From the NCBI GenBank assembly GCA_963784935.1, contig CAWATD010000006.1, positions 350,572 to 414,571 on the forward strand: a stretch of 64,000 nucleotides of DNA, in the 5' to 3' direction. Below the pieces are notes generated by a model that was given only the letters and a program-made list of their open reading frames with translations, made no database searches and was not told the DNA's origin. This document shows positions 1 to 9,667 of the stretch, in pieces; position 1 is the stretch's first letter; the number at the start of each line of letters is the position of its first letter. Source of the DNA: an uncultured Acidobacteriota bacterium. Lineage in GTDB: Bacteria > Acidobacteriota > Thermoanaerobaculia > UBA5066 > Gp7-AA6. A program made the translations under genes and the position numbers.

Positions 1-1
1 C

Positions 2-160
2 CGGGCCCTGGCCAAGGAGAGCTGGTGGAAAGGCGTCTACTGGTGGGAAGTCTTCTCGGACGGCAGGTCCGCCGCCCCCGGCGAGCGGGGCTTCAACCTT
101 CTCGGCACCCCGGCGGAGAAGGCGATCGAGCGGGAGTTCCGGCAGCGCTCCGGTTCCTGA
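2..160 (+). CDS. 3' end of a gene that starts upstream of the window; product unknown
   Basis: Frame is open from the window edge to TGA 158-160 with G/C-rich third positions. Tail reads ...ESWWKGVYWWEVFSDG...GFNLLGTPAEKAIEREFRQRSGS. Too short to classify. Confidence 0.4.
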   Translation, partial: RALAKESWWKGVYWWEVFSDGRSAAPGERGFNLLGTPAEKAIEREFRQRSGS

Positions 161-167
161 TCCGGCC

Positions 168-965
168 GTGACGCTCATCGAGACGGCGGTCCTCGCGGCC
201 AGAGCCGGCGGCGAAGTGCTCCTTGCCAACTGGCGCAACCTTCCGCACGGCTCGGTCGAAGAGAAGACGAAGAACGACTTCGTCACCCACGCCGACCGGG
301 AGAGCGAGGAGCGGATCGTGGCCGCCATCCGCGCGCAGTATCCGGAGGACGCGTTCCTCGGAGAAGAAGGCGGGCGGCGCCAGGGCCGCGAAGGCGCGCG
401 CGTCTGGATCATCGATCCGCTGGACGGGACGTCGAACTTCGTCGCGGGCTTTCCGTTCTGGTGCGTGTCGATCGCGGCGTGGGAAGGCGAGCAGCTCGTC
501 GCGGGCGTCGTGTGGGACCCCCTGCGCGAGGAGATGTACACGGCCGAGCGCGGCGGGGGCGCGTGGCGCAACGGCACGCGCCTCGCGGTGACCGGCCGGC
601 CGAACCTCGACGGCGCCTTCATCGCGACCGGCTTTCCCTTCCGCAACCGGCACAAGATCGACGCGTATCTCGCGCTTTTCAAGGCCGTGTTCGGCGAGGC
701 GCGGGCGATTCGCCGCGCCGGCTCGGCTGCCCTCGACCTGGCCTACGTCGCCGCCGGCGTCTTCGACGGGTTCTTCGAGTTCCGCCTCTCGCCCTGGGAC
801 ATCGCCGCCGGGGCACTCCTGATCCAGGAGGCCGGCGGCGAGCTCACCGACTTCGACGGCGGCGAGGGATATCTCGAGCGAGGCAACGTGGTGGCGGGCC
901 CTCACGGCGTGGCCGCGGGGATCCGGGCGGCGGCGCGGGGCATCGTCTCGGAGGCGTCGATCTAG
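168..965 (+). CDS. suhB: inositol monophosphatase family protein (SuhB-like)
   Basis: 265 aa, GTG start. IMPase motifs FLGEEGG and WIIDPLDGTSNF, plus C-terminal WDIAAG. Confidence 0.9.
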   Translation: MTLIETAVLAARAGGEVLLANWRNLPHGSVEEKTKNDFVTHADRESEERIVAAIRAQYPEDAFLGEEGGRRQGREGARVWIIDPLDGTSNFVAGFPFWCVSIAAWEGEQLVAGVVWDPLREEMYTAERGGGAWRNGTRLAVTGRPNLDGAFIATGFPFRNRHKIDAYLALFKAVFGEARAIRRAGSAALDLAYVAAGVFDGFFEFRLSPWDIAAGALLIQEAGGELTDFDGGEGYLERGNVVAGPHGVAAGIRAAARGIVSEASI

Positions 966-968
966 CCT

Positions 969-2015
969 ATGGCGCACCGGCGCCGGCTGACCCCTGCCGC
1001 GATGCGGCGGTCCGCCGCCGGCCTGGCGCTCGCGCTCCTCATCGTGACCCTCGGTGCTTTGTCCTCGAGCCCGGCCCGGTCAGGCGTTTCCGTGGCGCGG
1101 GGCCGGTATCTCGCACACGGCGTGTGCGAGTGCTTCGAGTGTCACACGCCACTGCGGAGCGACGAGCTCGTCGAGCCGGACCCATTGAAGCTGGGCGCGG
1201 GAGACATCCTCAATAAGAAAGAGCGCCACGTCGCGCCCAACATCACGCCGGATCGGGAGACCGGCGCGGGAAACTGGACCGACGATCAGCTCATCCGAGC
1301 GATCCGCGACGGCATCGGCCACGACGGCCGGCGCCTGTCGCTGGTCATGCCGTACTGGAAGTTGAGCATCCTGACCGACGACGACGTCCGATCGATCGTG
1401 GCCTACCTGCGCTCGCTTCCGCCGATCCGAAACCGCCTGCCGCATTGGATCCCGTTGAGAGACGCCGAACCCCCACCGGAGCCGCCGCGGCGCCCCGCGA
1501 CGAACGCCGATCTCACGACCGTTCTCGGTCGCGGCGAGTACCTCGTCCATCTCGCCGGGTGCGCACACTGCCACACGGCGCGGCCACTGGTTGGAACGGA
1601 ATGGGAGCGTCGCAAGGACCTCGAGTTCGGCGGTGGCCGCCGGTTTTCGGCCAAGCCAACCTTCGACGAGCTCGAGGATGACCCGGGGTTCGCCTCGCCT
1701 CCGGCCCGGATGCCCGAGCCCAGGAGCTTCGTCACCAGTCCCAACCTCACGACCGATCCGTCGGGCATCCAGTACTACGACGAGAACATCTTCGTCCAGA
1801 CGATTCGGACCGGCAAGGTCGCGGGCGTGCGTCCGCTGACGCGCGCGATGCTCTGGTTCGAGTTTCGCAAGTTGACCGACGAGGATCTGAAGGCCATCTT
1901 CCTCTATCTTCGATCGAGGCCTCCGGTGCGCCACCGCGTCAGCAACACCGACCCCCCGACGTTCTGCCCGGTTTGCGGCCGGTATCACGGGCTCGGGGAG
2001 TTCAACGGCTCGTAA
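969..2015 (+). CDS. di-haem c-type cytochrome, exported
   Basis: 348 aa with an N-terminal hydrophobic signal. Two CxxCH motifs (CFECH, CAHCH). Confidence 0.8.
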   Translation: MAHRRRLTPAAMRRSAAGLALALLIVTLGALSSSPARSGVSVARGRYLAHGVCECFECHTPLRSDELVEPDPLKLGAGDILNKKERHVAPNITPDRETGAGNWTDDQLIRAIRDGIGHDGRRLSLVMPYWKLSILTDDDVRSIVAYLRSLPPIRNRLPHWIPLRDAEPPPEPPRRPATNADLTTVLGRGEYLVHLAGCAHCHTARPLVGTEWERRKDLEFGGGRRFSAKPTFDELEDDPGFASPPARMPEPRSFVTSPNLTTDPSGIQYYDENIFVQTIRTGKVAGVRPLTRAMLWFEFRKLTDEDLKAIFLYLRSRPPVRHRVSNTDPPTFCPVCGRYHGLGEFNGS

Positions 2016-2021
2016 GCCCGG

Positions 2022-3134
2022 CTAGACGTCGCCGAGGCTTCGCCGATATTCCCGGTCGAACGCGGCGAGCAGGCTCTCCTCTTTCGAGTACAGGCCGGGG
2101 CGGTAGGCCCGCGACGAGACACCGCGCTGCGCGAGCTCGCACATGTGCCAGTCCTGCCGGTTCGTCACGTCCCAGATCTCGATACCGTCGTTGGGGTCGA
2201 ATGCCGGGCTGGCCATCGTCTCGGGCGCAAAGAGGAAGTCGCACGAGACTCGCGTCCGGTCGACCGCGAGAGGCATCAAACGCGTCGCCATGACGAAGTC
2301 GGGCTGGATCGTGAGAAACGCACCCGGGAAGATCGAGTAGTAGTACACGCGCTGGCGTTCGTCCGCGGGCAGGTCGCCGAGGGGCGCCCCGCAGAGGCGC
2401 CCGCTTATGGTCAGGCTGCCGCCCGGCTCGTTGATGAGCATGTAGCCGCCGAGAACGCTCCCGTCGCGCAGGTTGTTGGCGCCGCTCCGGTAGTGCGAGA
2501 GCTTCGCCAGCGCCGGATGGACGGGCGGGCAGTGGTAGCACTCCGAGAAGTTCTGGAAGATGAGCTTCCAGTTTGCGGCGACCTCGTACTCGACCTGGCG
2601 CGCCGTCGCGAGCAGCGGCAGCCGCCAGGGCGCAAAGCGGCCGAGCAGGGGGGCCAGGGCTTCCTCGAGCGGCTGGGGATCGGCGGCGAGGTTGAGGAAC
2701 AGGAATCCCTCCCACTCCCCGAGCGCCGCTGGCGCGAGAGGGTGCTCCGCCTTGTCGAACCACGGCACGTCGGCCATGTGCGGCGCGCCGAGGAGGGCGC
2801 CGTCGAGCCCGTAGGTCCAGGCGTGGTACGGGCACCGGATCCCGCCCTCAAAATGTCCCCGCTCCGCCTCACACACGCGCGTGCCGCGGTGCCGGCAGAC
2901 GTTGTAGAAAGCGTGCGCTCGGCCGTCCTTGCCCCGCACGAGCAGGAGGCTCTCCGCACCGACCGGAGCCAGGACGAAGTCGCCCGGCTCGCGGATCGCG
3001 TCGCCGCGGCCGACGCACAGCCAGCGCCGCGAGAATATCCGCTCCTGCTCGGCGGCGAAGAGATCCGGGGACGTGTAGTACCGACCCGGAAGCGTCGTTG
3101 CCCGCTCGGTCAGGGAGTGGCCCGTGTATTCCAT
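2022..3134 (-). CDS. Rieske [2Fe-2S] aromatic-ring-hydroxylating oxygenase, alpha subunit-like
   Basis: Real start is MEYTGHS (CAT at 3132-3134) inside the 1001-aa track ORF. Rieske motif CRHRG...CPYHAW; C-terminal catalytic domain contains NFSECYHCPPVHP. Confidence 0.85.
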   Translation of the reverse strand: MEYTGHSLTERATTLPGRYYTSPDLFAAEQERIFSRRWLCVGRGDAIREPGDFVLAPVGAESLLLVRGKDGRAHAFYNVCRHRGTRVCEAERGHFEGGIRCPYHAWTYGLDGALLGAPHMADVPWFDKAEHPLAPAALGEWEGFLFLNLAADPQPLEEALAPLLGRFAPWRLPLLATARQVEYEVAANWKLIFQNFSECYHCPPVHPALAKLSHYRSGANNLRDGSVLGGYMLINEPGGSLTISGRLCGAPLGDLPADERQRVYYYSIFPGAFLTIQPDFVMATRLMPLAVDRTRVSCDFLFAPETMASPAFDPNDGIEIWDVTNRQDWHMCELAQRGVSSRAYRPGLYSKEESLLAAFDREYRRSLGDV

Positions 3135-3206
3135 TCGGAGCGAGCGTAAACCCCTCGCGGCCCGGCGGGCAAGCGATAGACTTCCGGCAACTTTGAAGGA
3201 GGCTTC

Positions 3207-4367
3207 ATGCGCCGACGTTTCACCCGCCGGGACTTCGTTCGCGCCGGCGCCGCCGCCGGCCTCGCCGCCACCGCGCCGCGCGGCCTGATGGGCAAGGCGC
3301 CCGCCGTCCAGACCGGCGGCGTCAAGCCGGTCGTCATCTCGTCCGCCAACGGTAACTGGTTCAAGAACGGCGGCACCGTCACGTGCGTCGAGAAGGCCTT
3401 CACGCTGATGACGCAGGGCTCCGACGTGCTCGACGCCCTGATCGAGGGTGTGAACATCGTCGAGCTGGATCCCGAGGACTACAGCGTCGGTTACGGCGGC
3501 GTGCCCAACGCCGAGGGCGTCGTCCAGCTCGACTCGTCGTGCATGCACGGGCCGCTGAAGCGCGCCGGCGGCGTGGCGTCCCTCGAGGGCGTCCGCACCC
3601 CGTCGCGCGTAGCGCGCGAGGTCATGAACAAGACCGATCACCACCTGCTCGTGGGAAAGGGCGCCCAGACGTTTGCGCGCAATCTGGGCTTCAAGATCGA
3701 GGACGATCTCAACACACCGCTCTCGCTCCGGCTCTGGCTCGAGTGGAAGCAGCGCACGGACCCGAAGCACTACCTGACGCCGGAGGAGCGCAAGATCGCA
3801 CACGACGGCGTGCGGCGCCAGATGGGGCGCGAAGGCAAGTTCGCGGCGTCCCAGATGTACGGCACCATCAACTGCGATGGCATCAACGCGAAGGGCGAGA
3901 TCTGCGGCGTGACGACGACCTCGGGCCTCTTCTTCAAGATCCCGGGCCGCGTCGGCGATTCGCCGATCCTGGGCGCCGGCCTCTACGTCGACGGCGGCGT
4001 CGGCGCCGCCGGCTCGACCGGCCGCGGGGAGGCAAACCTCTACAACCTGTCCTCCTACCTGATCGTCGAGAACATGCGCCGCGGCATGCACCCCAAGGAT
4101 GCCGGTCTCGAGGCCCTGAAGCGCATCAAGTCGAACACGGTCGAGAAGCGGCTGCGCAAGGCGAACGGCGACCCCAACTTCAACATCAACTTCTACGTCC
4201 TGAACGCGAAGGGCGAGTTTGCCGGGGTCGCCATGTACGCCGAGGACCCGGACGACAAGGGGTGGGCCGGCGGGAAGACGAGCGCCGTGCGCTACGCGGT
4301 CTGCGACGCCAACGGCGCTCGCTCGCCGCAGGTCGAGGGGCTGCTGCCGGGGACGGCGTCGGACTGA
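3207..4367 (+). CDS. Ntn-hydrolase of the asparaginase 2 / glycosylasparaginase family, Tat-exported
   Basis: 386 aa. Twin-arginine signal MRRRFTRRDFVRAGAAAG. Block YGTINCDG...GVTTTSGL...GRVGDSPILGAGLYVD is typical of the family. Confidence 0.85.
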   Translation: MRRRFTRRDFVRAGAAAGLAATAPRGLMGKAPAVQTGGVKPVVISSANGNWFKNGGTVTCVEKAFTLMTQGSDVLDALIEGVNIVELDPEDYSVGYGGVPNAEGVVQLDSSCMHGPLKRAGGVASLEGVRTPSRVAREVMNKTDHHLLVGKGAQTFARNLGFKIEDDLNTPLSLRLWLEWKQRTDPKHYLTPEERKIAHDGVRRQMGREGKFAASQMYGTINCDGINAKGEICGVTTTSGLFFKIPGRVGDSPILGAGLYVDGGVGAAGSTGRGEANLYNLSSYLIVENMRRGMHPKDAGLEALKRIKSNTVEKRLRKANGDPNFNINFYVLNAKGEFAGVAMYAEDPDDKGWAGGKTSAVRYAVCDANGARSPQVEGLLPGTASD

Positions 4368-4370
4368 GGC

Positions 4371-5249
4371 GTGGCTGGCTCGTACTGGTCCTGCCTCGAG
4401 CGGCACACGGACTGGGACGGACACTGGATGAGCCACCCGGCCGCGCGGGCCCGGATCAACCGGCGCGTGACGGGCGACCCCGCGCGTTGGCCGATCGCGT
4501 GGCTTGCGAGCGTCGTCGCGGACCGCGTGCCGTTCGCGCGGGCGCTTTCGATCGGTTGCGGCGTGGGCAACTTCGAGCGCTCGCTCGTCCAGCTCGGGAT
4601 CGCTACGGAGGTCACGGGGATCGACGCCAGCGCCGAGGTCCTTGAGTCGGCGCGGCGCTCGGCCGGGCAGGCCGGCATGGAGTCCCGGATCCGGTACGTC
4701 CACGCCGACGCCCGCGAGTACGTGAAAGCCGCACGCGGCCTGGACGCGGTCTTCTTCCACGCCTCGCTGCATCACTTCGATCGGCTTTCGGGGCTGCTCG
4801 CGGACGTCCGACGGTCCCTCGCTCCCCGCGGCGTGCTCTACCTCGACGAATACGTCGGCCCCGCGCGCAACGAGTGGACGTGGCGGCACCTCTTCGCCTG
4901 GAATGCCGTGTACCGGGCCCTGCCCGCGCGCGTGCGCCGCACGCGGATCGTGCGGCGTCCCATCAACGCGGAGGACCCCACGGAGGCGATCGCCTCCTCC
5001 GGCATCCTGTCTGCGGTCGGGGCGCACCTGCGCGTGATCGCGCGGCGCGACTACGGCGGCAATTTCCTCGAGCCGATCTACCCGAGCCTCCTGCGTCCGA
5101 ACCAGCCCGGGGGCCCGGAGCCCGAGATCTTCGACGCTTGCGTCGAGAAGCTCCTCGACCGGGAGGATCGGCTCCTCGCGCGCGGCCGCGCGAGCTACTT
5201 CTCGGTCATCGTCGCCGAGGCCGGACCGCGTGGAGGCGAAGTCGGCTGA
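4371..5249 (+). CDS. class I SAM-dependent methyltransferase
   Basis: 292 aa. Motif I-like LSIGCGVGNF and post-I GIDAS; GC3-rich frame. Confidence 0.75.
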   Translation: MAGSYWSCLERHTDWDGHWMSHPAARARINRRVTGDPARWPIAWLASVVADRVPFARALSIGCGVGNFERSLVQLGIATEVTGIDASAEVLESARRSAGQAGMESRIRYVHADAREYVKAARGLDAVFFHASLHHFDRLSGLLADVRRSLAPRGVLYLDEYVGPARNEWTWRHLFAWNAVYRALPARVRRTRIVRRPINAEDPTEAIASSGILSAVGAHLRVIARRDYGGNFLEPIYPSLLRPNQPGGPEPEIFDACVEKLLDREDRLLARGRASYFSVIVAEAGPRGGEVG

Positions 5250-5252
5250 CGC

Positions 5253-5786
5253 CTACTTCGGCAGGTACTCCTTCGGGATCGGGTTGTCCTTCGTCTCGTC
5301 GCTCCAGATGGCGTTGGCGATCCACCAGCGCTTGCCGTCCCAGAAGAGCTCGATCGAGTTGATGCCGCGCTTGATGATGGGGCCGGTCTCGGTCTGGCGC
5401 GTCTCGTAGGTGCTCCAGACGTGCGCGATCGGGCCGAAGCGCTCGGTGACGCGGTGGATCTCCTTTTCGACGAAACCCTTCTTGAGCCCTGCATCGGAGG
5501 CGTCCACGAACTGCTGGTGGTCCACGATCTGCGGAGCCAGCTGGCCGTTCTTGTCGAGGTCCACGATCACGAAGCGCAGGTCCTTGATGTAGAGCGTCCG
5601 GTCGCGCGCCCAGTCGCGGGGCTGGCCGGCCGGCCCGGTCACGACCTCGTAGTACGCCTTGACCATCCCGTCGATCGTCGCGACGTCGTCCGGCCGAGGC
5701 GCCACAGTGGCGACCGGGACGTGTGTTTGCGCCGCCGCGGCTGCCGCCAGGAACACACCCAGGGCGATGGAAACGAGGTTCTTCAT
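5253..5786 (-). CDS. secreted hypothetical protein (possibly NTF2/SnoaL-like fold)
   Basis: 177 aa. Signal peptide MKNLVSIALGVFLAAAAAAQ; clean coding frame; no motif I can name. Confidence 0.6.
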   Translation of the reverse strand: MKNLVSIALGVFLAAAAAAQTHVPVATVAPRPDDVATIDGMVKAYYEVVTGPAGQPRDWARDRTLYIKDLRFVIVDLDKNGQLAPQIVDHQQFVDASDAGLKKGFVEKEIHRVTERFGPIAHVWSTYETRQTETGPIIKRGINSIELFWDGKRWWIANAIWSDETKDNPIPKEYLPK

Positions 5787-5810
5787 GTCAATCCTTTCGT
5801 TTCGATGCGT

Positions 5811-6617
5811 CTAGTCCAGGATCACTCCCGCGTATCCAACCACACTCGAGGTGTCCCCCGTTTCGTCACCGCTGTCGCAGCGCGCCACGACGCGAGCGCG
5901 GGAGATCCCTGCTGCGCGGGCCGCGAAGAGCAACGCCGTTGCGGGCAGGAATCCGCACATGGAGATGGACTCGGTCAACACGACGCGGAAGAGGCCTTCG
6001 GGATCGAGCCCAACGACTCGCGCGAGGGCCATGTCGTCCTTGCGCCGGCCCTCGTCGCGGCTTTCGTAATGGTTCATGTCGGAGGAGGCGAGGATGAGCG
6101 GCGGCTCGGTCTCCTCCGCGCAGATGGCGGCGAGCGCATCGCCCACTTCGCGGCACAGGGCGAGGCTCGGCTCGCCGAGGCACACGGGAACGAGCGTGAA
6201 ATCGGGGCGCAGGACCTGCAGGAAGGGCAGCTGCACTTCGAGCGAGTGCTCCCTCAGGTGGGCGCCCGCGTCTTGTTCGAGCGAGGGGGAGAGAGCGAGG
6301 AGCCTGTCCGCCAGGCGCCGATCCACGGGGACGTCGCCGAGCGGAGTGCGCCAGGCATCCGAGGGATCGAGGGCGGCCGGGACCCCGCGCCCGGTGTGAT
6401 TGGGACAGAGGATGATGCACGTCGAGGGAATCCGAAGTCGCGCGTAGACCGCACCGGCCACCGGGCCCGAATACACGTAGCCGGCGTGGGGGACGATGGC
6501 GCCGAACGCCCGCTCGGCTTTCGCCTCGGGCGGCAGGTGCGATCGCACAGCCTTCTCGAGGCGATCGGGCCGCGCCTCGTAGAAGGAGCCGGCGACGGCG
6601 GGGACCCGGATTGCCAT
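5811..6617 (-). CDS. AmmeMemoRadiSam system protein B (MEMO1 family)
   Basis: Start MAIRVPAVAGSFY (CAT 6615-6617) inside the 549-aa track ORF. Family blocks AGSFY, IVPHAGYVYSG and SSDMNHY. Confidence 0.85.
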   Translation of the reverse strand: MAIRVPAVAGSFYEARPDRLEKAVRSHLPPEAKAERAFGAIVPHAGYVYSGPVAGAVYARLRIPSTCIILCPNHTGRGVPAALDPSDAWRTPLGDVPVDRRLADRLLALSPSLEQDAGAHLREHSLEVQLPFLQVLRPDFTLVPVCLGEPSLALCREVGDALAAICAEETEPPLILASSDMNHYESRDEGRRKDDMALARVVGLDPEGLFRVVLTESISMCGFLPATALLFAARAAGISRARVVARCDSGDETGDTSSVVGYAGVILD

Positions 6618-6631
6618 GGCCGCTTGCCGGG

Positions 6632-7483
6632 TCAGTTCACCAGGAGCGTCGCTTCGGCAACCTGCCCCGCCAGCTCGGCGCGGATCGTCGCGGCTCCGAC
6701 CGTTCGGCCCTGGGCCACGCCCGCCGAATCCACGCTGGCGACCGCGGGGTTGGAGGACTTGAAGGTCGCGGCGGCCTCGGGAATGAGGGTACCGTCCGGG
6801 CCGTAGGCCTTCACCTCGAAGTGCTGACTCTCTCCCACGCGGGCCAGGGCGGTGGCCGGCCGGATCTCGAGCCGGGCGATCGGGCGCAGGATGGCGCTCA
6901 CGTCGCAGCCGCCCTGGATGTCGCCGATCCTTGCGATGATGGTCGTCGAGCCCGGGGCCACGGACGTGACGACTCCTCCCTCCGCGACGGTCGCGATCTT
7001 CGGGTCCGCCGAGCTCCACTCGGGCGTGAGAGCGACGGGTTTGCCCTTCGAATCCTTGACCGTGAAAGAGACCGGGATGGCGGTGCCGGCCGGGCCTGTC
7101 AGGGCCAGCGACCCCGGGGTGATTTCGATCGAGGCGACGTCCACGACCTCCACCGGGATCTGGGCCGAGACACCCTGGTACGTGGCGGTCACCATCGCCT
7201 TGCCGGCCTTCCTGGCGACGATGCGGCCGCCGGGCTCGGCGGATACGTTTGCGTTCGACGCGCTCCAGGTCGCCGTCGCTTGCTCGAAGCCCTGTCCGTT
7301 CTTGTCGAGGACCTTTGCCGAAAGCCGCTGCGAGCGGTCGAGGCCGTAAATTTTGACGTCCTTCGAATGTTTGCCCTTGCCGGCCGCGTCGACGGTGATC
7401 TGGATGGAAGCGGGTTTGCGGGAGCAGGCGCCGGCGACGAGCACGGCGCCGAGCAGGCAAATCATGGCGCGAGATGAACGCAT
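6632..7483 (-). CDS. lipoprotein with bacterial Ig-like (Big_2) repeats
   Basis: 283 aa. Lipobox LVAGAC. Repeated beta-rich modules (ATWSASN..., EWSSADPKIATV..., TFKSSNPAVASV...). Confidence 0.75.
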   Translation of the reverse strand: MRSSRAMICLLGAVLVAGACSRKPASIQITVDAAGKGKHSKDVKIYGLDRSQRLSAKVLDKNGQGFEQATATWSASNANVSAEPGGRIVARKAGKAMVTATYQGVSAQIPVEVVDVASIEITPGSLALTGPAGTAIPVSFTVKDSKGKPVALTPEWSSADPKIATVAEGGVVTSVAPGSTTIIARIGDIQGGCDVSAILRPIARLEIRPATALARVGESQHFEVKAYGPDGTLIPEAAATFKSSNPAVASVDSAGVAQGRTVGAATIRAELAGQVAEATLLVN

Positions 7484-7528
7484 CCCTTTTACCTCCTGAG
7501 GTTTATCGCATTCGAGGATAGCACCGTT

Positions 7529-8257
7529 TCACATCCAGCCGAGGATCCGGCGCGCCCGGCGCGCGACCCGATCGGGATGGCGTACGGGGTCGTAGATCCG
7601 GGGCGAGGGGATCACCGCCGCGAGCGTCGCGGCCTCCTCGCGTGTGAGCTCGCGCGCGGGTTTGCCCATGTACCGGCGGGCCGCCGCCTCCACTCCGAAG
7701 GTCCGGGGCCCGAACTCGATGACGTTGAGATAGAGCTCCAGGATCCGCTTCTTCGAAAGCGCCCGTTCGAGGCGCCATGCGATGAAGAGCTCCCGGAGCT
7801 TTCGCCAGGGCGTCCGGGCAGGGGAGAGGTAGAGGTTCTTGGCCAGCTGCTGGGTGATCGTCGAACCGCCGACCTTGAGCTTGCCCTTCTCCCAGTTCTT
7901 CTCGGCCGCGCCGCGCATCGCCTCCCAGTCCACGCCCTCGTGCTCCCAGAAGCGGGCGTCCTCCGCCACGACGACGGCCCGCGCCGCGTCCGGCGCGATC
8001 AGCGACAGCGGCACCGGGTCCCACTCGAGGCGCGTGCCCTTGCCGTCTCTGGCGAGCGCGGCCTTGCGGCGCTCCATGAAGGCGGTCGTCGCGGGCCAGG
8101 ATCCGGCGAGCGGGCGGACGTCGGGCAGCGTCGCCCAAAACAAAGCCGCGGCCCCGAGGGCCGCGGCGGACGAGACGATGAGAATGCGCCGGATCACGAG
8201 ACCCGGGCGCCGACTACTTCTTGGCAGCCGTGATGGCGCGGCGGAGCTTTCTGACAC
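7529..8257 (-). CDS. mtgA: monofunctional biosynthetic peptidoglycan transglycosylase
   Basis: 242 aa. GT51 motifs EDARFWEHEG and GGSTITQQLAKNLYL; single N-terminal TM. An alternative GTG start at 8197 would remove the 44-nt overlap with the upstream gene. Confidence 0.9.
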   Translation of the reverse strand: MSESSAAPSRLPRSSRRPGLVIRRILIVSSAAALGAAALFWATLPDVRPLAGSWPATTAFMERRKAALARDGKGTRLEWDPVPLSLIAPDAARAVVVAEDARFWEHEGVDWEAMRGAAEKNWEKGKLKVGGSTITQQLAKNLYLSPARTPWRKLRELFIAWRLERALSKKRILELYLNVIEFGPRTFGVEAAARRYMGKPARELTREEAATLAAVIPSPRIYDPVRHPDRVARRARRILGWM

Positions 8258-9557
8258 CCTCGTCCGCCTCGTCCTTCGAGAGCACGAGGTGCGGCCGGAA
8301 GCGGACGGCGTTGGCGCCGGAGGCCAGGCCCATCATGCCGTTCTCGAGGCAGGCCGCGAGCGTCCGGTCGCGCGTTTCCTTGTCGGGCAGGTCGAAGGCG
8401 ATGAACAGGCCGCGTCCGCGCACGTTCGTCATGACGCCGGGAAACTCCAGGGCGAGCTCGGCGAGGCGGCCCTGCAGGTGTTCGCCGACGACGCGCGCGT
8501 TCTCGATCAGGTTGTCCTCGGCGATGATGTCGAGGTACTTCGCGCAGCGGATCATGTCCACGAGGTTGCCGCCCCACGTCGAGTTGATGCGCGAGGAGAC
8601 CTTGAACACGTTGTCCGGGACGTCGTCGATGCGGTGGTTGGACGCGAATCCGCAGACCTGGGTCTTCTTGCCGAACGCGAACATGTCGGGCTCGACGCCC
8701 ATCTGCTGCCAGCACCACATCGAGCCCGTGAGCCCGACGCCCGTCTGGACCTCGTCGAAGATCAGCAGGAACTCGAGCTCGTCGGCGAGCGCGCGCAGGC
8801 GCCGGAAGAGCTCCGGGCGGAAGTGGTTGTCGCCGCCCTCGCCCTGGATGGGCTCGAGGATCAGCGCCGCGATGTCGTCGGGGTTGGCGGCACAGGCGGC
8901 GCGGATCTCGCGCTCGACCTCTTCTTCGGCGGCGGCCACCTGCTTCAGGACCGCATCCGTCACGGGGAAGGAGAGTTTCGGGCAGGTCAGCCGCGGCCAG
9001 TCGAACTTCGGGAAGTACTGGGTCTTGCGCGGGTCCGCCGTATTCGTCATGGAGAGCGAGTAGCCCGAGCGTCCGTGGAAGGCGTTCTTGAAGTGGAGGA
9101 TCCTGGTGCCCTTCTCGCCCCTGCCGCGCGCCAGGCTCTTGCGGATCTTCCAGTCGAAGGCCGTCTTCAGCGTGTTCTCGATGGCGAGCGTGCCTCCCTC
9201 GACGAAGAACATGTGGTCGTTGTGGGACTTCGGAACGGCCAGGGTCGAGAACTTCTCGACGAAGCGGGCGAAATGCTCGGTGTAGATGTCGCTGGTGGAG
9301 GGCTTGGTGAGGGCCGCCTCCATGAGCGCCTCCCGGAACTCCGGGTCGGCCATCTTGGGGTGGTTGTAGCCGACGGGGAGGGTGGCGAAGCAGGAGAAGA
9401 AGTCGAGGATCGGCCGGTCGCTCCGGGCGTCGTAGAGGTAGGAGCCCTTGCTCCGCTCCATGTCCATGACGACGTGGTACCCGTCCACGAGGATGTGGCG
9501 GGAAAGGACGTCGAGGACGTTTTTCGGCGACAGCTGCTCGCGTGTGACGGTCGACAT
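8214..9557 (-). CDS. lat: class III aminotransferase, L-lysine 6-transaminase-like
   Basis: Start MSTVTREQL (CAT 9555-9557) inside the 732-aa track ORF; 447 aa. Contains EPIQGEGG and IFDEVQTG blocks. Confidence 0.8.
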   Translation of the reverse strand: MSTVTREQLSPKNVLDVLSRHILVDGYHVVMDMERSKGSYLYDARSDRPILDFFSCFATLPVGYNHPKMADPEFREALMEAALTKPSTSDIYTEHFARFVEKFSTLAVPKSHNDHMFFVEGGTLAIENTLKTAFDWKIRKSLARGRGEKGTRILHFKNAFHGRSGYSLSMTNTADPRKTQYFPKFDWPRLTCPKLSFPVTDAVLKQVAAAEEEVEREIRAACAANPDDIAALILEPIQGEGGDNHFRPELFRRLRALADELEFLLIFDEVQTGVGLTGSMWCWQQMGVEPDMFAFGKKTQVCGFASNHRIDDVPDNVFKVSSRINSTWGGNLVDMIRCAKYLDIIAEDNLIENARVVGEHLQGRLAELALEFPGVMTNVRGRGLFIAFDLPDKETRDRTLAACLENGMMGLASGANAVRFRPHLVLSKDEADEGVRKLRRAITAAKK

Positions 9558-9667
9558 GATGCCCCCTTGAAAGGCGAAAAACGGGCGAAAAAACCGGCCG
9601 TGAGACGTGAACGCTAGCATTCCGGAGGGGAGAAGGGAACCCCCCGTTCGGCAGGGGCTTGCGGGCG

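Noticed and set aside
962-965. CTAG at the suhB stop codon as a possible fourth element site
   Set aside because: No element sequence follows it; the next gene starts 4 nt later. It is kept only as a control showing that a CTAG stop is not sufficient for insertion.
3135-5027. Upstream 630 codons of the 1001-aa minus-strand ORF 2022-5027
   Set aside because: It runs antisense to the asparaginase-like and methyltransferase genes and has low-complexity R/A/G/D composition with no motifs. The Rieske protein starts at MEYTGHS (3134).
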